Positions 15,901 to 23,849 of a stretch of 24,000 nt of DNA are shown piece after piece. How positions within the stretch are numbered: the stretch's first letter is position 1; every line of letters starts with the position of its first letter. The DNA comes from Flexilinea sp. Lineage in GTDB: Bacteria > Chloroflexota > Anaerolineae > Anaerolineales > Anaerolineaceae. A model generated the notes under the pieces. That model made no database searches. It was not told the DNA's origin and saw only the letters and a list, made by a program, of their open reading frames with translations. Position numbers and translations under genes: made by a program. The stretch spans positions 15,249 to 39,248 of the forward strand of contig JAFRIR010000042.1 in NCBI GenBank assembly GCA_017432685.1, in the 5' to 3' direction.

Positions 15901-15907
15901 TTAAATA

Positions 15908-16516
15908 TCAGCGGGGATCATTTCCCGCCGCATCCTGAGAACTTTTTTTCTTTTCTATCATCTTCCACAGTCTTTTGCGTTCGCTTTCATTATCCCATAG
16001 AAAATCGATAATGCCTTTTGATATGGGGAATGTCTTTCTCGCTTCGTTTCCGTACATCAGCCACTCCTTCCCAACACCGAATCCATCTTCGATTTTTTCC
16101 GCAACGCGATCTGATATTTTGCAAAAGCCTCTCTCGATTTTGCTGTAATGCTGTCTCGAAATCCCAATTTTTTCCGCAGCTTCAGTTTGGTTCAGCTGCA
16201 ATTTTTTTCTCACAGCTCTGAGACGGGCAACAGAGCCATCGGTATTCTTTGTTTCCAGAGAAGTCGGCTTCTCGGTAAATATTGGTTCACCGGTTCCGTG
16301 ATAAAACCATTCCGTATCAAGGTGGTATACTTCACAAAACCGGTCGAACCAGGATACATCTGCTTCTCTGCACCCGGTGATATATGTGCTGACGGTTGAA
16401 CCAGAAATTCCGGTCGCCTCTCCAATTTTTGCGTTGGTCAGATGCAAAACCCTTTTTACCGCCAGAATATTTGACTTGACCGGTTCGCTTATTATGGTGT
16501 ATTTGTTTGCTTCCAT
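15908..16516 (-). CDS. XRE-family transcriptional regulator with two HTH domains, 202 aa
   Basis: Two HTH_3-like segments are present: LTNAKIGEATGISGSTVSTYITG and LNQTEAAEKIGISRQHYSKIERG. Confidence 0.8.
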   Translation of the reverse strand: MEANKYTIISEPVKSNILAVKRVLHLTNAKIGEATGISGSTVSTYITGCREADVSWFDRFCEVYHLDTEWFYHGTGEPIFTEKPTSLETKNTDGSVARLRAVRKKLQLNQTEAAEKIGISRQHYSKIERGFCKISDRVAEKIEDGFGVGKEWLMYGNEARKTFPISKGIIDFLWDNESERKRLWKMIEKKKSSQDAAGNDPR

Positions 16517-16529
16517 AGTTTTCTTTCTT

Positions 16530-16555
16530 CCGGGAAATTATTATCAGTTTCCCGG
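16530..16555. promoter_or_regulatory. 8-bp perfect inverted repeat (CCGGGAAA-N10-TTTCCCGG) in the 5' region of the regulator gene
   Basis: Seen directly in the sequence, 14-39 nt upstream of the ATG at 16516. No U-run follows on either strand, so an operator or 5'-UTR hairpin is more likely than a terminator. Confidence 0.35.
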
Positions 16556-16588
16556 GTTCAGCGGATAAACCGCAGTACTGAATTATGT

Positions 16589-16882
16589 TCAGACTATTCT
16601 CATCTTTTCTAAAAACTCGTCTACAGACATACCGGCTTCTTCTGCAGCCTGTTCGATCGTAATTGTTTTTTTCTCAGCCAGATTTACGAGCATGAGAAGC
16701 TCCCCTTGTTCAAACCCTTGTTCAAGTCCCTCTTCTCGTCCTTCTTCTCGTTCCTTATTGCGTAAAAGTTCAAGTTGATATTCTTTGTCAAAATAACCAA
16801 ACATGATATTTGCTACCTCCTCATTTTTCAGGTATTCCTTCAAAACGTTTTTATCGCGGCAGATACGGATCGTTTCCATCAC
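16589..16882 (-). CDS. Hypothetical protein, 97 aa
   Basis: A clean ORF with a Glu/Gly-rich central repeat (EEGREEGLEQGFEQGE) and a short HTH-like C-terminus. I am not confident of any family. Confidence 0.55.
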   Translation of the reverse strand: MMETIRICRDKNVLKEYLKNEEVANIMFGYFDKEYQLELLRNKEREEGREEGLEQGFEQGELLMLVNLAEKKTITIEQAAEEAGMSVDEFLEKMRIV

Positions 16883-16924
16883 GGCCTTTTCAGTTCTTCC
16901 ATATAATGATTATGCTTATCTTTA

Positions 16925-17137
16925 TTAAAATTGCCGTGCCTTGTTTTGTGCGACAACAGCCTCAGCCTCTTCCCTTGTTGCGTACAGTCGGCTCTCGCGG
17001 ATTCGGGTTCCGCCCTCTCGTTCAGTGAAACGGATCGTCACGAAGCCGGAGATCGTCATGACAACGGTCGCTTCTTCGATGAAATGGGTGTTGGCTATGA
17101 GGTATACAGTGGTGCCGGGTTTGAATTTTTCGACCAT
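16925..17137 (-). CDS. Hypothetical small protein (~70 aa)
   Basis: The track ORF is 16925..17287. Its N-terminal 50 aa look non-coding (ICDSHLCIVVLKLSI). The internal Met gives MVEKFKPGTTVYLIANTHFIEEATVV.... There is no clear SD. Confidence 0.35.
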   Translation of the reverse strand: MVEKFKPGTTVYLIANTHFIEEATVVMTISGFVTIRFTEREGGTRIRESRLYATREEAEAVVAQNKARQF

Positions 17138-17354
17138 AATAGATAATTTTAGCACAACTATGCATAGATGACTATCACAAATTGACGGCTTAATAACGAC
17201 GAAAATTGCAAAAATGTGGTTGTAGTTTTCCCCCACGGATTTGATGATTTTTTTAGACATTCCAAACTGATGGTATAAGTCTTGCAAGGTTATATTGTAT
17301 GATAACTATCACGAAAGCAGACTATTATTTATGAAAAAAATCTTTCTCTCATAG

Positions 17355-20300
17355 TTGTTATTTTGTGTTGCTCTATTTCACCAAATCGCATTCGCCGATG
17401 ACGAGGATATTGTATCTTGGACAACTATGGGAGAACCAAACATAAACATCAAGTACAGAATTGACTCTGAGGGAACACTCCATTTTGCAAAGGGAGAGAT
17501 TCAGTCAACAGATGATCCGACGCTTATTAAAACATTTGATTATTCAGAGAATGAACTTTATCACAAAATTATAAAAGTACAAGCTGACGACAAGATCCTT
17601 GTCAGGAATAACGGTACAGCATCGCTGTTTGAAGGTTGTTTTAAACTCGCCGAAGCAGACCTCACGAATTTTGATCTTTTTGACCCATCAAACACAAATT
17701 TCAGCAAAATGTTTGAAGGTTGCACTTCATTACAAAAAATACTGATAAACCAATGGGATACATCAAATATAAACAATATGTCCTATATGTTTTACAACTG
17801 TCAATCACTGGAATCTTTAGATGTGAGCAATTGGGATACATCCAACGTAACCAATATGGAACACTTGTTTGCTAATTGCAAGAAACTAACAGTATTAGAT
17901 GTAAGCAAATGGAATACATCCAATGTGACTAACATGAGGTACTTATTTTTTGATTGTAGAAAACTGACAAAATTAGACGTGAGTAATTGGAACACCGCTA
18001 ACGTAACAGATATGTCTTATTTGTTTTATTATTGCAGTGGTATAACTGAATTAAATGTAAGCAGCTGGAATACATCAAATGTTACTGACATGCACTACTT
18101 ATTCACCCTCTGCTCAGAATTGACAGGAATAAATGTGAGCAGCTGGGATACATCCAATGTAACCGATATGTCAGGAATGTTCGCCTCATGCAGTAAATTA
18201 CAATCATTGGATGTCAGCAAATGGAAAACGGGCAGTGTGACGAATATGGCTTCTATGTTCCAATTGAGCCACGATCTGAGATTTCTGAATGTAAGTGGGT
18301 GGGATACTTCGAAGGTAACCGATATGTCAAGGATGTTCGATAATTGTCTCCAATTACAGGCATTGGATGTCAGCAATTGGAAAACAGGTAATGTCATGAA
18401 AATGAACTTTATGTTTGGCTCCTGTGAATCACTGACATCGTTGGATGTATCAGGGTGGGATACATCCAAGGTCACTATTATGAATCATATGTTTTACCTT
18501 TGCAAAAAACTTATCTCGATAAATCCCGGTAGTTGGGATACATCCGAGGTTACAAATATGACCTTCATGTTTTATTATACTGATCTCACTGAATTGGACA
18601 TGCACAACTGGGATACAAGTAAAGTCACAGATATGAATTCCATATTCAGATATGCTCCTCTTCAAAAACTGATTTTAGGAACGGATTTCCGATTCACTAT
18701 CAATCATTTCGACCTTTATCTCAACACAGGCTATTGGACATATATCAAAAAAGATGCAAACATTACATCTCACGTCGATTACGGAACTGAATATCTGTCA
18801 GCATATAATTCAAATAAATTCAGCCCGGCATATAACAATAACCCAGATACCATGGCTGGTACCTGGGTTCTCAATCCTGTTCCTGTCATAATCAACGGTG
18901 TGGATGAAACCCATATTTATGACAATTCTGATTTTTGCACACAAATCAACTATCGGTTATCCAGTACCGATGAGCGGTTTACAGATACACAGGCTGCACT
19001 CGTTACATACAGCGGCGAAAACCAGGTTTGCGGGAAAGAACCCGGGGAATACCCATATCATCTGGATGTTGAAAAATTTTCTTATACCGGCAGCGATTAT
19101 TACGTTTATTTCAAACTTGGGACGGACGGAAAGCTGCTCATAAACAATCCGACCTTAATGCTTACCATCACCGCCGCCAGCAGTTCGAAAACCTATGACG
19201 GCACGGCTCTTAAGGCGGAAAGCTGGACCAGCAGCGGACTGACAGAAGGGGACACGATCACCTCCGTCACCGTCACCGGCAGCCAGACAAATGCCGGAAG
19301 CTCCGCCAATGTTCCATCCGGAGCAAAGATCAAAAATCAAAATGGCGAAGATGTGACAGATAACTATACGATCAGCTATGTCAATGGCAAGCTCGAAGTA
19401 AACAAATTCAGCAATGTAACGGTGACTATTGTCGGTGAAAGCAACACGACCGATTATGACGGCCAGTTACATGAAGTGAATGGATATACAGCCAGTGCCA
19501 GTACGCCGCTCTACCAGACAACCGGAGATCGCCCGGATTTCTCGTTTACTGGTACAGCTTTTGCATCCCGAAGAGACTCCGGTACTTCTCCAATGGGCTT
19601 GAAACCTGAAATGTTCAGCAATACAAACACAAATTTTGAAACAGTGACCTTTCATGTTACAGATGGTTACCAGACAATCAACAAGATCAATGTAACTGTT
19701 ACGATCAAGGGCAACAGCGACACAACAGCCTATGACGGACAATCACACACGGTCAGCGGACATACCGCTACCGCAGATACCAATTTATATAACGTCAATA
19801 ACAGCTTCACTTTCACCGGTACTGCATCTGCGACACGTACCGACGCAGGCACATCACAGATGGGCCTATCCTCTGATCAATTCAGAAATGAAAATACTAC
19901 CAACTTCAACACTGTGAAATTTCTTGTGACCGATGGTTACTTGACAATCATCCCCATCGACACCACCGTAACCATTACCGGACACCATGCCACCGCTCCA
20001 TACAATGGTGAGAACCACACTGTCAGTGGATATGATGTATCCATCGGCAATCTTCTCTATTCTGAAACAGATTTTTCATTCAGCGGTACGGCTGAGGCAG
20101 AGCGTACAGAAGCCGGAACGACGAACATGGGCCTGACAGCAAACCAATTCGCGAACAAAAACCAAAATTTCAGGACCGTTAAATTCTCGGTGACGGACGG
20201 ATATCAGCAGATCACTCCGATCAATGCTGCCGTAAAAATAACCGGTCACGGTAATTCCTCTCCCTATGACGGAAATGAACACCGCGTGGAAGGATACGAT

Positions 20301-21896
20301 GTGCAAATCGAAACTCCGCTGTATAAGACAACGGATTTTACCTTCAGCGGCACAGCCGAAGCAAAACGAACTGACGCGGGGACCACACCGATGGGCCTTA
20401 CAGCAAGCCGCTTTTCCAATTCCAATCCAAACTTTGATGTTGTGACATTCAATATCACTGACGGTTACCAGACCATCACGCCCATGGAGGAAGAGATCAT
20501 CGTTACGATCAAAGGACATACAAATTCGGCTGTTTATGATAAAACCGAACACAGCACCTCCGGTTATGATGTAACGAGCTCGAATCCGCTCTATACAGAA
20601 GCTGATATATCCTTCAGCGGCTCTGATGAGACAAAATGCACCAATGCCGGAATCTGCAGTATGGGGTTGACAGCCGAGCAATTTTCAAACATCAATCCCA
20701 ATTTCTCAAACGTTAAATTCCAGGTAACGGACGGTTACCAGGAAATCACCGCTTTGGACGGAGTCACAGTGACAATCCATGGACATAACGATACAGAAGT
20801 ATATAGCGGTTCTCCGTATGATGTTGTCCGATATGATGTATCTGTTTCCAACCCGCTCTATACAGAAGCTGATTTCACTTTTAGCGGTTCAGATACACCG
20901 GCACGTACAAACACAGGCATGGCCATGATGGGATTGAAAGCCGAACAATTTACGAATATTAATCCGAATTTCACCAATGTGATTTTCAACGTAACTGACG
21001 GCAGTCTGACAATCATACCCAAGGATCTTTCGGACGGAACGATCCGGCTGATCCTCGATCCCCAACAGGTCATCTATGACGGTCAGGAACACACCGTATC
21101 TTACAGCGTATATGATTCCGAGCGCGGAGTTACACTGATCGAGTCCGTTGAATATGAACTGATACCTGAAGAGTCCACCTTGCAGGCCACTGAAATCGGT
21201 ATCTACACAGTTGTCGTGAGTGCAGATTATATCGGAGAAACAGACAGCAACATCACAACAAAGGCTGTCAGCGGACGGAATTACTCCGGGAGAGCCTCCG
21301 ATACTTGGCAGATCATTCCCAAACCGGCTGATAACACGATGACGTTCTTCCCGATTTTCGATGAAGGCGTCAGACTGCCGAACACAGGGTTACTGTCAAA
21401 TGACTCTGTTCTGTCTTCAATTGGCCAGACAGATCTGGATATCACCCACCTGGGAATGACGCTCCAGATTCCGAGTCTTGATGTCATTGCTGAAATTGTG
21501 CAGCTTCCTTTCGAAGGCAGCACCTGGTCTGTGGATAACTTGGAATATCGTGCCGGGTTGCTCAGCGGAAGTGCCATACCCGGTAAGGGGTACAGCATCA
21601 TCGCCGCACACAACACGCTCAATTCCAGTGAATTAGGACCCTTCGCATCGCTGTCCTCTATGAAGAAGACTGACACCATCTTCATCAATGACAAAAAAGG
21701 AATAATTCAGCAGTACACTGTTTATGAAAACACTCTTTTGGAACCGGATGATTTCAAAGGGATAGCTTCAATTGCAGAACAGAAACCAGGGGCACTGATT
21801 TTGGTAACCTGTGAGAATGAAAGCGTCAATGGGGAATACCTGAACCGGCGTGTTATTTTTGCCGAGCCACTATCCGAAAATTACGGTTCCCGCTGA
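17355..21896 (+). CDS. Giant surface protein: DUF285/BspA-type 25-aa repeats, then MBG-like repeats, then LPNTG, then a C-terminal sortase domain
   Basis: About 13 repeats of LxxLDVSxWDTSNVTxMxxMFxxCxx are followed by one classical MBG-like domain (KTYDGTALKA...YVNGKLEV). Six ~89-aa repeats follow (VTIxGxxxxxxYDGxxHxVxGY...FSGTAxAxRTxAGTxxMGL...VTDGYQxIxP). LPNTG lies at 21375-21389 and a sortase-like domain follows. The track start is TTG 17355. An ATG at 17331 is in frame but separated from it by TAG 17352-17354. Confidence 0.85.
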   Translation: MLFCVALFHQIAFADDEDIVSWTTMGEPNINIKYRIDSEGTLHFAKGEIQSTDDPTLIKTFDYSENELYHKIIKVQADDKILVRNNGTASLFEGCFKLAEADLTNFDLFDPSNTNFSKMFEGCTSLQKILINQWDTSNINNMSYMFYNCQSLESLDVSNWDTSNVTNMEHLFANCKKLTVLDVSKWNTSNVTNMRYLFFDCRKLTKLDVSNWNTANVTDMSYLFYYCSGITELNVSSWNTSNVTDMHYLFTLCSELTGINVSSWDTSNVTDMSGMFASCSKLQSLDVSKWKTGSVTNMASMFQLSHDLRFLNVSGWDTSKVTDMSRMFDNCLQLQALDVSNWKTGNVMKMNFMFGSCESLTSLDVSGWDTSKVTIMNHMFYLCKKLISINPGSWDTSEVTNMTFMFYYTDLTELDMHNWDTSKVTDMNSIFRYAPLQKLILGTDFRFTINHFDLYLNTGYWTYIKKDANITSHVDYGTEYLSAYNSNKFSPAYNNNPDTMAGTWVLNPVPVIINGVDETHIYDNSDFCTQINYRLSSTDERFTDTQAALVTYSGENQVCGKEPGEYPYHLDVEKFSYTGSDYYVYFKLGTDGKLLINNPTLMLTITAASSSKTYDGTALKAESWTSSGLTEGDTITSVTVTGSQTNAGSSANVPSGAKIKNQNGEDVTDNYTISYVNGKLEVNKFSNVTVTIVGESNTTDYDGQLHEVNGYTASASTPLYQTTGDRPDFSFTGTAFASRRDSGTSPMGLKPEMFSNTNTNFETVTFHVTDGYQTINKINVTVTIKGNSDTTAYDGQSHTVSGHTATADTNLYNVNNSFTFTGTASATRTDAGTSQMGLSSDQFRNENTTNFNTVKFLVTDGYLTIIPIDTTVTITGHHATAPYNGENHTVSGYDVSIGNLLYSETDFSFSGTAEAERTEAGTTNMGLTANQFANKNQNFRTVKFSVTDGYQQITPINAAVKITGHGNSSPYDGNEHRVEGYDVQIETPLYKTTDFTFSGTAEAKRTDAGTTPMGLTASRFSNSNPNFDVVTFNITDGYQTITPMEEEIIVTIKGHTNSAVYDKTEHSTSGYDVTSSNPLYTEADISFSGSDETKCTNAGICSMGLTAEQFSNINPNFSNVKFQVTDGYQEITALDGVTVTIHGHNDTEVYSGSPYDVVRYDVSVSNPLYTEADFTFSGSDTPARTNTGMAMMGLKAEQFTNINPNFTNVIFNVTDGSLTIIPKDLSDGTIRLILDPQQVIYDGQEHTVSYSVYDSERGVTLIESVEYELIPEESTLQATEIGIYTVVVSADYIGETDSNITTKAVSGRNYSGRASDTWQIIPKPADNTMTFFPIFDEGVRLPNTGLLSNDSVLSSIGQTDLDITHLGMTLQIPSLDVIAEIVQLPFEGSTWSVDNLEYRAGLLSGSAIPGKGYSIIAAHNTLNSSELGPFASLSSMKKTDTIFINDKKGIIQQYTVYENTLLEPDDFKGIASIAEQKPGALILVTCENESVNGEYLNRRVIFAEPLSENYGSR
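17619..18680 (+). repeat. Tandem 75-78-nt coding repeats (DUF285 / 26-residue surface-protein repeat type)
   Basis: The periodic motif WDTSNVTxM / MFxxC recurs about 13 times in the translation. Confidence 0.8.
19413..21023 (+). repeat. Six tandem ~268-nt coding repeats (MBG-like ~89-aa modules)
   Basis: Repeat starts are near 19413, 19689, 19960, 20226, 20490 and 20760. The total is 1611 nt, or 6 x ~89.5 aa. Confidence 0.8.
21462..21869 (+). other. Sortase catalytic domain fused in frame to its own LPNTG-bearing protein
   Basis: The motifs are LQIPSLDV, then PGKGYSIIAAHN (His), FASLSSMKKTDTIFI, LILVTCENE (Cys) and LNRRVIFAEP (Arg). The His-to-Cys distance is 67 residues and the Cys-to-Arg distance is 12-13. 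In S. aureus SrtA the H120/C184/R197 distances are 64 and 13. Confidence 0.75.
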
Positions 21897-22123
21897 AAGA
21901 ATTGGGCACTGAAACAGCCAATACCTATGATATATGGTACCTGAATCCGGGATCCTGTTCTGCATGGCACGTAATCTGCAATAAGTGTATTATCAGAATT
22001 ATTGATTTCTGACGTATATATCTATACGCAGTTTTCTGTCTGTGTCAATATTTTGACCATATTGAAGATTATGCAAATATCATTTTTGAAATTTCAGTCC
22101 TAAAATTGGAGGAAGGAATACAA

Positions 22124-23707
22124 ATGATCATGAACCGTATCTTTGACATTATCGCTCCAGTTATCACAGTTATCGCTGTACTGTACGTCTCGTTTTCCAT
22201 TTGCAAATCGCTGTGTTCGGAAAGAAACAAAGGACAATGGTATGGATTCTTTCCATACAGCAAAAGAATCCATAGAAACTCCGGTCTGTTTCTGTTAATT
22301 CCTCTTTTGGCCCTGGCATCATTCACGGCACCAGAGATGTCTGTATTTGCGGAAGGAACAAGCGATTATTGCGGTGACCCGGCAGAAAACGATGGCAAGA
22401 ACCTTATCTGGTCTTTTGATGATGCTGCCGGAACGCTCACCATCAGCGGCGAAGGAAAAATGCAGGAATCCAACTATCCGTGGAGTGACTTATCAAGTGC
22501 CATAGAAAATGTCGTTCTCTCTCAAGGCGTCACATCGATCGGACCGAGAGCATTTGCGGGATTCACAGGGCTGTCATCCATCAATATCCCGAGCAGCATA
22601 ACCCATATCGGAGCCAGTGCATTTGAAAATTCAGGGCTGAGAACCATCACCGTTGAACTTGAAAACCGAGGAACTCCGCTTGTTCTTGGAGAAAATACCT
22701 TCACAGGCACAAACACTTACGAAGCATCTATCAAAGTTCCCGGGTATCACAATGTAACCTTCAGCGTCAACCCCGATAATACCGGCTTTTCTATCGGAGA
22801 ATTCTTATTCGGAAACAGTGAACCCGACCCGGGGAGCGCACTGCTGAGATGGACAGACCGGACAGTACAAACTGAATTGACCGCGACAGGCGGAATTCCC
22901 AATACATACCAGGTCATTTTCGAAAAAAATGCTGCTGATGCTACCGGAACAATGTATCCGCAAACCTTTACCTATGACAAAGCGCAATCTTTGGACGAGA
23001 ATCAGTATATCCGTCCCGGGTATTCATTCACAGGATGGGCTGTTGAAGCCAAAGGCAACGTTGTTTATGCCGACAAATCAGAAGTCAAGAACCTCACTGA
23101 AAATCAGGATGGGATTGTACTGTTATATGCCAAATGGAAAAAAACCGGTTCCACTTCCGGAATGAATTTCTTCCGGCTCCGCAATGACTGTATTCTTCCT
23201 TCAACCGGTTTCTCATCACTGCGACCGACCACCCTGTCCTCACAGCCAATGAACCTGAGCTATAAGCCCACAGGATTGAGGATGATGATTCCCTCTCTGA
23301 ATGTGGACATGGAATTGGTATTCATACCGAGGGACAACAATTCCTGGGCAGTAGAATGGCTGGGAGATCGCGGAGGAATTCTTGAAGGAAGCGCCCTGCC
23401 CGGAGATGGATATAGTTTTGTTGCGGCACATAATACCTTAAACGACACTGAATACGGCCCGTTTGCGATGCTTGGCGCGCTGGAAGTGAACGACCTGATC
23501 ACCATCAACGGTAATGACAGGAATAATAAGACGCTAAAGACATTCCGTGTGTTTGAAAATACAATCCTGACACCGGATGACATGAAGACATTGGAAAAAA
23601 TTGCAGGAAGTGAAGAAAATACCCTTGTCCTGGTGACCTGTGAGAACGAGTCAGCAGAAGGCGGCTATCTGAACCGCCGGGTCATTTTTGCAAAGCCAGG
23701 AAAATAA
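22124..23707 (+). CDS. Surface protein: N-terminal hydrophobic segments, BspA-type LRR, Listeria-Bacteroides (Flg_new) repeat, LPSTG, C-terminal sortase domain
   Basis: GGAGG at 22109-22113 lies 10 nt before ATG 22124; the track start TTG 22106 is less likely. The LRR_5-like segment is GVTSIGPRAFAGFTGLSSINIPSSITHIGASAFENSGL. The Flg_new-like segment is YQVIFEKNA...RPGYSFTGWA...LLYAKWKK. LPSTG lies at 23195-23209 and a sortase-like domain follows. Confidence 0.85.
   Translation: MIMNRIFDIIAPVITVIAVLYVSFSICKSLCSERNKGQWYGFFPYSKRIHRNSGLFLLIPLLALASFTAPEMSVFAEGTSDYCGDPAENDGKNLIWSFDDAAGTLTISGEGKMQESNYPWSDLSSAIENVVLSQGVTSIGPRAFAGFTGLSSINIPSSITHIGASAFENSGLRTITVELENRGTPLVLGENTFTGTNTYEASIKVPGYHNVTFSVNPDNTGFSIGEFLFGNSEPDPGSALLRWTDRTVQTELTATGGIPNTYQVIFEKNAADATGTMYPQTFTYDKAQSLDENQYIRPGYSFTGWAVEAKGNVVYADKSEVKNLTENQDGIVLLYAKWKKTGSTSGMNFFRLRNDCILPSTGFSSLRPTTLSSQPMNLSYKPTGLRMMIPSLNVDMELVFIPRDNNSWAVEWLGDRGGILEGSALPGDGYSFVAAHNTLNDTEYGPFAMLGALEVNDLITINGNDRNNKTLKTFRVFENTILTPDDMKTLEKIAGSEENTLVLVTCENESAEGGYLNRRVIFAKPGK
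23282..23698 (+). other. Sortase catalytic domain, second fusion
   Basis: The motifs are MMIPSLNV, then PGDGYSFVAAHN (His), FAMLGALEVNDLITI, LVLVTCENE (Cys) and LNRRVIFAKP (Arg). His-to-Cys is 70 residues and Cys-to-Arg is 12-13. By eye it is roughly half identical to the domain at 21462-21869. Confidence 0.75.
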
Positions 23708-23751
23708 GCAAACGTATTCTGCTGAGTGTTTTCCCTTTGTCAAGAGATCAG

Positions 23752-23782
23752 GGACGTCCAAAAACAGAGGACGTCCTTTTTC
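23752..23782 (+). terminator. Rho-independent terminator after the 533-aa gene
   Basis: GGACGTCC-AAAAACAGA-GGACGTCC is followed by TTTTTC, 45 nt after the stop codon. Confidence 0.7.
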
Positions 23783-23849
23783 TTATTGTACGAATGATGT
23801 CAGGAGAGCGCCAATTGACAGTATCGGGCAGCATTTGCCCCATCTTGCA

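Noticed and set aside
17138-17287. The N-terminal 50 aa of the 120-aa minus-strand ORF.
   Set aside because: The sequence (…IKPSICDSHLCIVVLKLSI) looks non-coding and lies in the divergent intergenic region facing the surface-protein gene. A shorter ~70-aa ORF is more plausible, though still weakly supported.
17352-17354. TAG reassignment (an amber-recoded phage or pyrrolysine) as the explanation for the in-frame stop.
   Set aside because: TAG is the terminator of the large fibre ORF (4562-4564) and of the Gp15-like ORF (14701-14703), at positions where the proteins plausibly end. No pyl genes or suppressor tRNA are visible. A nonsense mutation or an alternative TTG start is the simpler explanation.
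20076-21694. The minus-strand ORFs (201, 137, 71 and 67 aa) inside the 1513-aa gene.
   Set aside because: They are embedded antisense in the MBG-repeat and sortase regions. Their length is a by-product of the repeat composition.
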